IMG/VR virus record: IMGVR_UViG_3300032770_000002
Coordinates: 124,001 to 188,000 of that record
DNA: 64,000 bases
Reading direction: 5' to 3' (one strand)
Within the stretch, counting starts at the first letter, position 1, and each line of letters opens with the position of its first letter. Position numbers and translations under genes: made by a program. The notes under the pieces are model-generated. The model did not search any database, had not been told where the DNA came from, and worked only from the letters and a program-made list of their open reading frames with translations. Below, in pieces: positions 54,404-63,397 of the stretch.

Positions 54404-54916
54404 ATGCATCGTTCCATCAAGATTATCTCCGGTGGTCAGACGGGGGCCGATCGTGCTGGTTTAATTTTTGCTCGCGACAACAACATCCCGTATGGAGGCT
54501 ATGTGCCTTTGCGTCGAAAGGCCGAAGACGGGGTGGTGCCGATGATCTTCACCGAGATGACTGAGTCGGCATCGTCAGATTATCGTGTCAGGACTGAGTT
54601 AAACGTGAGAGAGGCCGACTGCACGATCGTCTTTACACGCTGCCCGCTCAGTGAAGTGGCCAGCGGGTCATGGCTGACGATTGCCTTCGCAAAGAAGTAT
54701 GGGAAGGAGTGGCGGCACGTTGACGTCAACAAGCCGAACATGAACGAGGTTGACAAGTGGCTTGAGATGCTTTACGCCAGGTGGCATCACTACGGAAGCG
54801 GGCTTCAATTCACGATCAACGTCGCTGGTGGGCGCGAGTCAAAGAACCGCGGCATTCAAGACGCGGTCCTGGCGCTGTTAAAATCATCCACATTTTTGTT
54901 TACAAATCAAGGTTAG
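54404..54916 (+). CDS. SLOG-superfamily ('putative molybdenum carrier') protein
   Basis: KIISGGQTGADRAGL, GGY.P..RKAEDG, YRVRTELNVREADCT, INVAGGRES. Confidence 0.85.
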   Translation: MHRSIKIISGGQTGADRAGLIFARDNNIPYGGYVPLRRKAEDGVVPMIFTEMTESASSDYRVRTELNVREADCTIVFTRCPLSEVASGSWLTIAFAKKYGKEWRHVDVNKPNMNEVDKWLEMLYARWHHYGSGLQFTINVAGGRESKNRGIQDAVLALLKSSTFLFTNQG

Positions 54917-54927
54917 TGTGGTATATT
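54896..54927 (+). promoter_or_regulatory. putative early sigma70-type promoter
   Basis: TTTACA, 17 bp, TGG-TATATT. Confidence 0.75.
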
Positions 54928-54933
54928 AACGGC

Positions 54934-56022
54934 ATGATACGGATTGACAACGCGCCTGTTCCAAACGTGGTCTCGGACCGCAAACTGGGCCTTGAGATCG
55001 AGATTGATCTCGGCAACAATGGGGACCTCAGCGACCTTCCAGACATTCAAGGCTGGATCAAAAAGGGTGACGGCTCGCTCACGCACGGCTACGAATACAC
55101 GTTCAACGGACCGTGCACACCGTCAACATCGAAGGAACGGTGTGAACGATTCTGTCAGTCGATTAAAGATGTGAACGTTCACCGCTCTGGCGGCTTTCAC
55201 GTTCATGTCCAGGGCAACAACTATTCACACGAGGACGCATACAACCTTTGCTTGATTTACACGAAATTCCAGGACGTCATCAACAAGCTTGTGGCGCCTT
55301 CTCGAGTCAGCAACACCTACTGCGAAGCCTATTCGTGGACGTCACTCCGACATCACACTCCGGCGTCATTCGCCCAGGCCTACAATTTGACGCCGCTTGT
55401 CAGCAGTCGTGGCTCCGCGAAAAACGTGGCCAACCGCTATCGGGCAGTCAACACGAACATGCTAGCTTGCCGTGACGAGGCCGACCGCAGCATTGAATTT
55501 CGACAGGGCAGTGTCAGCAAGCGATTTGGCGTGGTCTACGGGTGGCCTTGCTTCCTTGCGGCATTGACTGAGTTGGCCCAGTGCAAAGACCTCTTCGACG
55601 AAGTCCTTAGTGCGCGGTCCATTCAACTTCGCGACCTCTTGGCCGTGCTTCACGCCTGGGAGTCCAAGTCCGGTTCAACGGGCGTCGCCGACTGGGTGGA
55701 GTGGCGATACAATTACCTGAATCAGAAGCCTGACGACGCTGAACTTCGCCTCGCCTTGGAAGCCATCGCTGAGAAGCCAATCGGTCTTTATGGCCTGTCT
55801 CGCAAGATCGACATCAACCTGGCCGTGACAAAGCGGATCATTGATGACCTCTTGGCCAAGGGCCTCATCTTCAAGCGGGCCAACTCGACAGCTTATGTCA
55901 CGTCCTATGAGTTTAAGGCTGAGGCCGACCTGAAGCAGATGATTGAGGCTTTGAAGAGCCGAGCGGCCAGTCTTACACCGCCTCCGCCAATGCCGGCCAC
56001 CCTGCCTCCGCCACAAACATGA
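54934..56022 (+). CDS. amidoligase (COOH-NH2 ligase type 2)-like protein with C-terminal winged HTH
   Basis: LGLEIE, W.KKGDGSL..GYEY, GGFHVHV, IEFRQG; C-terminal LYGLSRKIDIN...IIDDLLAKGLI. Confidence 0.75.
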   Translation: MIRIDNAPVPNVVSDRKLGLEIEIDLGNNGDLSDLPDIQGWIKKGDGSLTHGYEYTFNGPCTPSTSKERCERFCQSIKDVNVHRSGGFHVHVQGNNYSHEDAYNLCLIYTKFQDVINKLVAPSRVSNTYCEAYSWTSLRHHTPASFAQAYNLTPLVSSRGSAKNVANRYRAVNTNMLACRDEADRSIEFRQGSVSKRFGVVYGWPCFLAALTELAQCKDLFDEVLSARSIQLRDLLAVLHAWESKSGSTGVADWVEWRYNYLNQKPDDAELRLALEAIAEKPIGLYGLSRKIDINLAVTKRIIDDLLAKGLIFKRANSTAYVTSYEFKAEADLKQMIEALKSRAASLTPPPPMPATLPPPQT

Positions 56023-56228
56023 CGACGCTTACCCACGAACAATTCGAAGAATACATCAAGGACCCGCTGGCCGCTGACGCTAAAGTGCGCAAGTGGTGTG
56101 ACCTGCCGGAGGATCGCTACTACACTGTCTCGGTCTGGCCAATGCCGGGGATCGTTCGGCCCACCAATGTCCACCGGCCGTTGCCGCCAAAAAGATCTCC
56201 AAGTCCAATCAGAGTTGAAAATTATTAA
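56019..56228 (+). CDS. hypothetical protein
   Basis: 69 aa, ATGA-coupled. Confidence 0.6.
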   Translation: MTTLTHEQFEEYIKDPLAADAKVRKWCDLPEDRYYTVSVWPMPGIVRPTNVHRPLPPKRSPSPIRVENY

Positions 56229-56231
56229 GCC

Positions 56232-56492
56232 ATGCCTGATTTCATCAAGCCTAACATCGTCGGTCGGCACTGGGCCACGCACAGCTTTAAGCACGAGAGC
56301 ACGCAAATTTACCTCTGCGAGAGCTACGATCCAGCTACGGGCTACAACATGACGAACGTCAGCGACCCGACTGACAAACACTGCATTTCAGAGCGGGCCC
56401 CAAATCGAACTTGGTGGCCGGCTGAAGACCGCGGCGAACACTGGTGGATTGAACAGTGGTGCCGTAAAATCCCAAAGCGTAGAATCCTATGA
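56232..56492 (+). CDS. hypothetical protein
   Basis: 86 aa, coupled to the next gene. Confidence 0.6.
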   Translation: MPDFIKPNIVGRHWATHSFKHESTQIYLCESYDPATGYNMTNVSDPTDKHCISERAPNRTWWPAEDRGEHWWIEQWCRKIPKRRIL

Positions 56493-57022
56493 TGATTATC
56501 GTTGACGTTGAGTCTGACGGGCCCTGTCCTGTTGACTATTCAATGGTGTGTTTCGGTGCCGTCGTGGTTGAAGACACCAGTCGCACATTTTTCGGTCGAA
56601 CGGCCCCGTTGCCTGGCGCAAAGTGGGACCCACAGGCCCTAGCAGTTAGTGGTCACACGCGCGAAGAGCACCTAACTTTTATGCATCCTGAAACCACGAT
56701 GCTCGGGTTTGAAATGTGGCTGACTAGCTTGGGCAAGACCAAGTATCAGTTTATCTCGGATAACCCGGCCTTTGATTGGCAGTGGATCAATTACTACTTC
56801 CACCACTTTGTCGGGCATAACCCATTCGGCTTTTCAGCAAGACGCATTGGCGATTTCTATGCCGGGCTTGTCAAGAATTGGCGGTGCGCCAATGACTGGA
56901 AGAGCCTGCGTGTAACTGAGCACACGCACCACCCGGTCGATGACGCAAAAGGAAACGCTGAAGCGTTAATGGCGATGGCCCACAAGTATTCAGCGAAGCT
57001 GCTTAAGGTGGAGTCCACGTGA
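56489..57022 (+). CDS. DEDDh 3'-5' exonuclease (RNase AS/oligoribonuclease-like)
   Basis: IVDVESDG, SDNPAFDWQW, HHPVDDA. Confidence 0.85.
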   Translation: MMIIVDVESDGPCPVDYSMVCFGAVVVEDTSRTFFGRTAPLPGAKWDPQALAVSGHTREEHLTFMHPETTMLGFEMWLTSLGKTKYQFISDNPAFDWQWINYYFHHFVGHNPFGFSARRIGDFYAGLVKNWRCANDWKSLRVTEHTHHPVDDAKGNAEALMAMAHKYSAKLLKVEST

Positions 57023-57884
57023 TGGTTCCAGCAACGGGGATTCCAGCCCTGTTGTCAATGACCGGGTTCTCGTCGATGTCACGCAAGTCTACGGTCGACG
57101 TCATCAACTGCTCCAACGTGTCAGGCGCGACGACCGCGTTCAAGTTCGTGGTCACTTGCCACAAGGCCGGCAGGACGAGGTCTTGCATGTCGACCTGGTA
57201 GCCTTCAACCCGGACTGAGAACGTCGTCTGGTATCGAATCTGCTGGCTTCCACGGTCATCCTCAGTGGCGTCGGACACGTCGGACTCAAGGCACAGCCTG
57301 ATCAGCATCACATTTTCCTCAGTCGGATACTTCGCCCTGATCCACGTCTGGGGTTGCGCCCCGTTTCGCCAGAAGCATGCCCAGACGCGCTGCATGAATA
57401 GGGCCTGAGTGTCGGGACGCAGGCACCAATACGTGACGTCCAGGTGAAAGTTCAAGCCAATCGGCCTGTTTCTGACGCGGACGTTCCCGAGGTCCTGTTT
57501 TACGACGTCATTGGAAACGGTGGGCCAGCTGATGTGGCGGGCCCGGTGGGTTGAAAATGTCCCATAGTTTCGATACGATTGGCGCCGCCGCGTGATGGAG
57601 ATGAGCGGGTATCGCGCTGGCGATGGATACGGCTCGTAGAGCGGGGAGCCATTTTTGTTCTTGGCCTTGAGCAGGTAAAGGTAAGGATTGTCAGGATTGG
57701 ACCACTGCTGCTTAAAGTCCGCAAAGGCGTCCATCGGCTTTGCGAAGACGACCGGGACTGGATACCCGTCAGCAACAAAGAAGTGCGTGTGGCACCACCA
57801 CTGCAGAGCCAGCTCGTGGATCCGCATTGGGGTCAAGTTAAAGTCAGGCGTGACTCCAGGGCCGGTTATGATTGGCGCGTCCAT
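57003..57884 (-). CDS. T4 gp15-like tail terminator/sheath stabiliser
   Basis: VPVVFAKP, YPLISITR, RPIGLNFHLDVTYW..RPDTQ..MQRV..F pattern parallels gp15. Confidence 0.55.
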   Translation of the reverse strand: MDAPIITGPGVTPDFNLTPMRIHELALQWWCHTHFFVADGYPVPVVFAKPMDAFADFKQQWSNPDNPYLYLLKAKNKNGSPLYEPYPSPARYPLISITRRRQSYRNYGTFSTHRARHISWPTVSNDVVKQDLGNVRVRNRPIGLNFHLDVTYWCLRPDTQALFMQRVWACFWRNGAQPQTWIRAKYPTEENVMLIRLCLESDVSDATEDDRGSQQIRYQTTFSVRVEGYQVDMQDLVLPALWQVTTNLNAVVAPDTLEQLMTSTVDLRDIDENPVIDNRAGIPVAGTITWTPP

Positions 57885-57890
57885 CGTTTG

Positions 57891-57898
57891 CTACTTAA
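57891..57898 (+). promoter_or_regulatory. possible late-promoter motif CTACTTAA in a 20-bp divergent gap
   Basis: 6 nt upstream of 57905; the minus strand reads GTAGTTTAAGTAG upstream of 57884. Confidence 0.3.
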
Positions 57899-57904
57899 AC
57901 TACC

Positions 57905-58255
57905 ATGACAGAATTGTTGACAGGCCGATCACGGCGAGGTTCAGAACCTTGGCTAGGTGTCGACCTTGACGCTACTTTGGCCACCCACAAAGAGGGCTCT
58001 GGCATTGATTCCATCGGTGAGCCAGTGCCTGGCATGCTTGAGAAGGTTAAGCGCGCATTGCGGGCCGGACGCAAGGTGAAGGTCTTCACCGCGCGAGCGG
58101 GTGACCCTAGGCAAATTCCGCTCATTCAGCAGTGGACAGTCAAACATGGGCTTGGAAAGCTCGAAGTGACCAACGAAAAAGACGAGAACTGTGAAGAGAT
58201 TTGGGACGACCGTGCCAAGAGCGTGGTTCCTAACAAAGGACGCTTTGCCAACTAG
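57905..58255 (+). CDS. HAD-superfamily phosphatase
   Basis: GVDLDATL, VFTAR, IWDDRA motifs. Confidence 0.8.
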   Translation: MTELLTGRSRRGSEPWLGVDLDATLATHKEGSGIDSIGEPVPGMLEKVKRALRAGRKVKVFTARAGDPRQIPLIQQWTVKHGLGKLEVTNEKDENCEEIWDDRAKSVVPNKGRFAN

Positions 58256-58259
58256 ATTT

Positions 58260-59396
58260 ATGAGTGAAGAGAACCAACAGGTGCCGGAATTTGACGTTCT
58301 AACTCCAGACATTCCACTGCCGCAAGTCGTGGCGAGGCAGGAAATTGCGGATGAACGGAAGGGAGCGTTTCGATTCAGCTTTATCGGGTCTGGCCAGGGT
58401 GGCGGGAGAATTGCGGCGACATTCCGCGCCCTGGGCTACAAGCGCGTTTGCGCGATCAACACGGCGCGTCAGGACCTGGCGTCGCTCCCAGCCGACGTTA
58501 AGAAACTCGTTATCGGCGATGGAGAAGGAGGTGCTGGCAAAGACCCAGCCGTGGCGAAGGCAGCGTTTGATAAAAACGCTGAAAATGTCCTAGACCTGAT
58601 GCGGGCGTCATTTGGCCAAGTGTATGACCGAACAATCATCTGTGTTGGGGCCGGCGGTGGAACTGGCGCTGGAACGGTGATCGGCCTTGTCGACAAAGCG
58701 CGTGAGCTTCAGGTTGCCAGCAAGTGTCCGACTGACAAGGTCGGCGTCATCGTTGCCCTGCCCAAGGTGACCGAAGGCCGGCGTCCAAGCATCAACGCTC
58801 ACACCGTCTTGTTATCATTGGTCGCCTACGTTGAACAGGGCTTTGTCTCACCGCTTATCGTTCTTGACAACGAGCGAATGAGCTCACTCTATCCTGGGCT
58901 CGCGATCGATCCATTCTGGGACACGGCCAATCAAAGCGTCTGTCGGCTGTTTGACCTCTTCAACATGATCTGCGTTCAAAATTCGACATACACCGCGTTC
59001 GACCCGGCTGATTACAAGTCGATCCTCGACTCAGGCCTGATCGTCTTTGGGGCCACGCCCGTCGCCAACTGGTCGGAGGCCGGCCAAATCAGCTCCGCAC
59101 TGCGAGACAACTTGAAGAAAAACATTCTTGCAGGAGGTGTCAACCTGTCAACTGGAACGGTCGCCGCGGCAATCGTTATTGCTGGAAAGAGCGTCTTAAG
59201 CCAAGTGCCGCACGAGCACCTCGACCAGGCCTTCGATCAATTGACAAGGTTGTTGAAAACAAACAGCATGGTGCACCGTGGCATCTACAGCGGAAACAAG
59301 GACTCCATGGCCATTTACACCGCAATTGGCGGCCTGGCCGCACCGACTGAGAAGCTGGACGAGCTGGCCAAAATCGGCGGGATAAGCGGTAAATAA
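58260..59396 (+). CDS. tubulin/FtsZ-family GTPase (TubZ/PhuZ/CetZ-like)
   Basis: GSGQGGGRI, AINT, GAGKDP, GAGGGTGAG signature, T7-like FDPAD; ATG 58260. Confidence 0.9.
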   Translation: MSEENQQVPEFDVLTPDIPLPQVVARQEIADERKGAFRFSFIGSGQGGGRIAATFRALGYKRVCAINTARQDLASLPADVKKLVIGDGEGGAGKDPAVAKAAFDKNAENVLDLMRASFGQVYDRTIICVGAGGGTGAGTVIGLVDKARELQVASKCPTDKVGVIVALPKVTEGRRPSINAHTVLLSLVAYVEQGFVSPLIVLDNERMSSLYPGLAIDPFWDTANQSVCRLFDLFNMICVQNSTYTAFDPADYKSILDSGLIVFGATPVANWSEAGQISSALRDNLKKNILAGGVNLSTGTVAAAIVIAGKSVLSQVPHEHLDQAFDQLTRLLKTNSMVHRGIYSGNKDSMAIYTAIGGLAAPTEKLDELAKIGGISGK

Positions 59397-59460
59397 TTTG
59401 TTAACAACTTAAAGTTGCAAGTTCTATCTGATGTCGTCGTAAACGTCGTAGGACGTTTTG

Positions 59461-59483
59461 GCGGGCCGGTTTTGGCGGCCCGC
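59461..59483. terminator. hairpin between convergent genes (bidirectional terminator candidate)
   Basis: GCGGGCCG-GTTTTGG-CGGCCCGC 8-bp stem. Confidence 0.6.
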
Positions 59484-59492
59484 CTTCTTCAT

Positions 59493-59693
59493 TTAGAGGC
59501 CAAGTTCGTCAGGCGTTCCCTCGATTAGCCCATCAGACCTGGTCGAGGCTTTTGGCTCCAAATTTTCAACGTCTCCATGCGTTTTCGTGTGGTCTTCGTA
59601 GCATGCAGCACAGACGTTGTCGTCACAGTGCTCACACCGGCCAATCGTCATTCTCCCGCACTCACAGCAGGGTTGTTCAAGAGCGTCTGCCAT
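59493..59693 (-). CDS. small zinc-finger protein
   Basis: CCECG...CEHC...CAAC...H. Confidence 0.6.
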   Translation of the reverse strand: MADALEQPCCECGRMTIGRCEHCDDNVCAACYEDHTKTHGDVENLEPKASTRSDGLIEGTPDELGL

Positions 59694-59708
59694 ATCAAAA
59701 ATAATCTA

Positions 59709-60551
59709 CTAGTCCCTAATTGCCCGGTCGAGGACTTCTGAATAGTGGTCAATTTGGTTGTGCTTAAACCGCCTGACCCAGGCCGGGTGGCTGACTCGCC
59801 GAATCGGTGTCAACCCTAATTTTCTCAAGCCTTCGTGGGCTACGTTGCCCATGGCGATGATCTTCAACGTTGGTTTCCAGACCATCAAAGCCTGAATCAG
59901 GTTGGCTTCAGTCGGGTGAATGATGTTTGTCCACATTAGGTCCGATTCAAGCACGTTGCTTTTTTCAAGGGCCAAGCTAATGTAACTGGCGGCGTCCCGG
60001 TCGTCGAAAAATGGCCAATGTTCGAAGTCCAAATATCGGTTGATTTCTTCACCTACTAAGACGGCCCGCGCTCGAATGTGCCCGCTCAGATTTTTGAGCC
60101 TAGGGTCAAGGGCTTCCGGAAACTGTGAATGGCGAAGCGCCGTCATTCGTTCGATGGCGACGCGCGGCGTGTGCGAACCTGTCCACACGATGACGTCCGG
60201 GCGTGGAGCTTGGAGTGTCTCACACTTGAGCAAGGCCTTTTGGAGCGTGCTAGACGTGATGATGTTGACAGCTCCAAATCGAAGCATGACTCTGTCGATG
60301 GCGCGAGCGGCTGCGAGAAAATTCTCTGATGAATCGGCAAGTTCTTTAACCCAGTTTGTGCAAACAATGACGAGATGATCACACGAAAGATCAATCGATT
60401 TTCTGACGATTTCGGTCAAGTAGATAAAGCGTCTTGACGATGACGACTTATCCACGCGAATCACACTTGACTTAACCGTCGGTCCGACCACTTTTTGAAT
60501 CAAGTCAACCATTTCGTGGCTAAAGTCATCTATGCAGATCAGTCCACGCAT
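59709..60551 (-). CDS. degenerate NMP-kinase-like domain fused to a uracil-DNA-glycosylase-fold domain
   Basis: C-half AVLVGEE...WPF...YISLAL...MWTN...IIAMGNVA...VSHPAW; N-half RGLICIDD lacks GKT. Confidence 0.5.
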   Translation of the reverse strand: MRGLICIDDFSHEMVDLIQKVVGPTVKSSVIRVDKSSSSRRFIYLTEIVRKSIDLSCDHLVIVCTNWVKELADSSENFLAAARAIDRVMLRFGAVNIITSSTLQKALLKCETLQAPRPDVIVWTGSHTPRVAIERMTALRHSQFPEALDPRLKNLSGHIRARAVLVGEEINRYLDFEHWPFFDDRDAASYISLALEKSNVLESDLMWTNIIHPTEANLIQALMVWKPTLKIIAMGNVAHEGLRKLGLTPIRRVSHPAWVRRFKHNQIDHYSEVLDRAIRD

Positions 60552-60574
60552 GCTAGGGTAGAACGAATTTCACT

Positions 60575-63388
60575 ATGAATGAGCCAATGCCAACACTGAA
60601 TGAGCGCGTTGAGATCTTAGATGACCTACCAAAACCGATAATTGACGACGCTTCTGCTGCACCTGAACCAGCTCGCCTGACGCGAGTCTTTTCAAAGTCA
60701 GGAATTTGCCCATTTGACGACGTCACGTGGATCAAGCGAGACGTCGACATCACCGATGACAAGGGTAAGGTCGTCTTCACGCAGAAGGGCGTCGAGACTC
60801 CAGAATTTTGGTCCGACCTGGCTGTCAAGATCGTCGCTTCGAAGTATTTTTGGGGCGAAAAGAACACCGACCAGCGTGAACACTCCGTGCGCCAGTTGAT
60901 TCATCGCGTGTGTGACACCATTGCGACGTGGGCCGTTGAAGGACGATACGTTCACCCTGACGACGAGACGCTCTTCTACAACGAACTTTGCTGGCTTTGC
61001 CTGCATCAACACGCGTCTTTTAATTCGCCCGTTTGGTTTAACGTTGGGCTGTTCCACCAATATGAAGCCGGGCGCGGCAGTGAAGGCGGGTGGGCTTGGG
61101 ACCAAGACCTCGGCGAAGCTGTGAGGGTCAGGACGATGTATGAGAAGCCACAGTGCTCGGCTTGCTTCATCGTGTCCGTCGCTGACAACATGGAGGCACT
61201 CCTTGACTTGGCCAAGACTGAGGCGATGCTCTTCAAGTTTGGAAGCGGAACTGGGACGGACCTGACGCCCATTCGTTCATTTCGTGAGAAACTCTCCGGC
61301 GGTGGGTCGCCGTCAGGCCCGATGAGTTTTTTGCGCGTCTACGACCAGGTTGCTGGCATCGTCAAGTCAGGCGGCCGAACTCGTCGTGCGGCGAAGATGA
61401 ACACCATCCGTGACTGGCACCCTGACATCGAGGAGTTCATTAACGCGAAGCCAGTTGAGGAACGAAAAGCGCGGGCCCTAATCGAGTCAGGCTATGATGG
61501 CTCCATTAACGGTGACGCCTACTCGAGCGTGATGTATCAGAATGAGAACCTTTCTGTTCGAGTCAGCGACCAGTTCATGAAGGCAGCCACGAATGGCGAT
61601 GGAACGTGGTGGACAAAAGCGGTCACGAGTGGAGACCGGGTTGAGAAGAAAGACGCCAAGGACTTGCTGCACAAGATGGCCGAAGCAGCTTGGTTCTGTG
61701 GTGACCCAGGCGTGCAGTTTGACGGCGTCATCCAGCGTTACCACACGTGTGCTGGAACGGAGCCGATTCACAGCACAAACCCATGTGCTGAATATGTCTT
61801 CATCAACAACACGTCGTGCAACCTCGCCTCAATTAACCTCGTCAAGTTCATGGAAGGCGAGGTGTTCAACGTCGAGCGGTTCAAAGCCGCGGTGCGGCTC
61901 ATCTTTACGGCCCAAGAGATCTTGTTTGACAACTCGAGCTATCCAACCAAGACGATTGCCGAGAACTCGCACATCTTCAGGACTGTAGGGCTTGGCTTTG
62001 CGAACCTTGGCTCGCTGTTGATGGGCCTTGGCATTCCATATAACTCTGACCAAGGCCGTAGCATTGCCGCTTCGATTACGGCCATCATGACGGGTGAAGC
62101 TTACGCCACGTCGGCTGGAATGGCCAAGACGCTGGGACCGTTTCCGGGGTTCTATGACGCGCGCTGTTCGCACGTCAAGCACCCGGTCAAGGCGAACAAT
62201 GTTGAGTCGATGCGCGACGTCTTAAACCTCCACGCCGCACACGCGAGCAAGCTCAAGACTCCAGGGCACCGCTATCTCGATGCCGCCGCAAACGAGTGTT
62301 GGCTGCGGGCGATTGGACTGTTCAACTGCCACGGTGTGCGCAACGCCCAGGCAACGGTCATTGCGCCAACTGGAACGATCGCATTCATGATGGACTGCGA
62401 CACGACCGGGATAGAGCCAGAGCTTAGCTTGGTCAAGGTTAAGTCGCTCATCGGTGGCGGGTCCTTGACGATCGTCAATCGCTCCATCGGTCGGGTGCTT
62501 CGCCAGCTCGGCTACAGTGAGCCTGAAATTGATGCCGCGATCAAACACGTGGAGAAATATGGCCACCTTGAGGCCATCAGCGAGGACATCAAGTCGCCGC
62601 TCAGGATTGACGACCACCACGACGTCTTTGACACGTCACTGCCGGCCGGGCCGAGCAAGCGCTCCATCCCATACATGGCCCACGTCCAGATGATGGCTGC
62701 AGTTCAGCCGTTCATCTCTGGGGCGATTTCAAAGACGATCAACATGCCAGAAAGCTCCACGGTCGAAGACGTGAAGCAGGCTTACGTGGAAGCGTGGAAG
62801 TCTGGTCTGAAGTGTGTGGCCATCTACCGTGATGGCTCTAAACGAGCCCAGCCATTAAACGTCAAAAAGTTTGGTCAAGACAAAGCAGCGGACCCGGCGT
62901 TAAATGGCCACGGTGTTTATCTCCCAAATCGACACCGGCTCCCTGACACCCGGAAGGCCGTGACGCACAAGTTCAGCGTTGGTGGCCATGAGGGTTACCT
63001 GACTGTCGGCCTCTTTGAAAACGACATGCCAGGTGAGCTGTTCATCACGATGGCCAAGGAGGGTTCGACGGTAGGCGGCCTGATGGACACGATTGGCACG
63101 CTGACAAGTTTGGCGCTGCAGTATGGCGTGCCACTCGAAGCTTTAATCCGCAAGTTTCGGTCAACTCACTTCGAGCCATCTGGCATTACGACAAATCCAA
63201 AAATCCGGATGTCGGCCTCGATCATCGACTACATATTCCACTGGATGGCCCTTGAATTTGACCACGATGACGAAGTTTCCAGCGTCAGTGACGAGGTAAA
63301 GACGTGCCCACATTGCGGCCACGTGGCGCAGCGTAGTGGGACGTGTTACACTTGCACGAATTGCGGAAGCAGTCTCGGTTGCAGTTGA
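60575..63388 (+). CDS. nrdJ: class II (adenosylcobalamin-dependent) ribonucleotide reductase with TSCPD and zinc-ribbon tail
   Basis: FNSPVWFN, QCSACF, GSGTG, TNPCAE, CNLASINL, IAPTGTI, QPFISGAISKTINMP, YRDGSK. Confidence 0.95.
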   Translation: MNEPMPTLNERVEILDDLPKPIIDDASAAPEPARLTRVFSKSGICPFDDVTWIKRDVDITDDKGKVVFTQKGVETPEFWSDLAVKIVASKYFWGEKNTDQREHSVRQLIHRVCDTIATWAVEGRYVHPDDETLFYNELCWLCLHQHASFNSPVWFNVGLFHQYEAGRGSEGGWAWDQDLGEAVRVRTMYEKPQCSACFIVSVADNMEALLDLAKTEAMLFKFGSGTGTDLTPIRSFREKLSGGGSPSGPMSFLRVYDQVAGIVKSGGRTRRAAKMNTIRDWHPDIEEFINAKPVEERKARALIESGYDGSINGDAYSSVMYQNENLSVRVSDQFMKAATNGDGTWWTKAVTSGDRVEKKDAKDLLHKMAEAAWFCGDPGVQFDGVIQRYHTCAGTEPIHSTNPCAEYVFINNTSCNLASINLVKFMEGEVFNVERFKAAVRLIFTAQEILFDNSSYPTKTIAENSHIFRTVGLGFANLGSLLMGLGIPYNSDQGRSIAASITAIMTGEAYATSAGMAKTLGPFPGFYDARCSHVKHPVKANNVESMRDVLNLHAAHASKLKTPGHRYLDAAANECWLRAIGLFNCHGVRNAQATVIAPTGTIAFMMDCDTTGIEPELSLVKVKSLIGGGSLTIVNRSIGRVLRQLGYSEPEIDAAIKHVEKYGHLEAISEDIKSPLRIDDHHDVFDTSLPAGPSKRSIPYMAHVQMMAAVQPFISGAISKTINMPESSTVEDVKQAYVEAWKSGLKCVAIYRDGSKRAQPLNVKKFGQDKAADPALNGHGVYLPNRHRLPDTRKAVTHKFSVGGHEGYLTVGLFENDMPGELFITMAKEGSTVGGLMDTIGTLTSLALQYGVPLEALIRKFRSTHFEPSGITTNPKIRMSASIIDYIFHWMALEFDHDDEVSSVSDEVKTCPHCGHVAQRSGTCYTCTNCGSSLGCS

Positions 63389-63397
63389 GAAAGTCAC

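Noticed and set aside
58260-59396. Proof of a nucleus-forming (Chimalliviridae) phage
   Set aside because: A tubulin homologue alone is insufficient; no chimallin or multi-subunit phage RNA polymerase is seen, and the structural hints are T4-like.
60575-63388. Intron or intein in nrdJ
   Set aside because: The ORF is continuous, of normal length, with no intein or endonuclease motifs.
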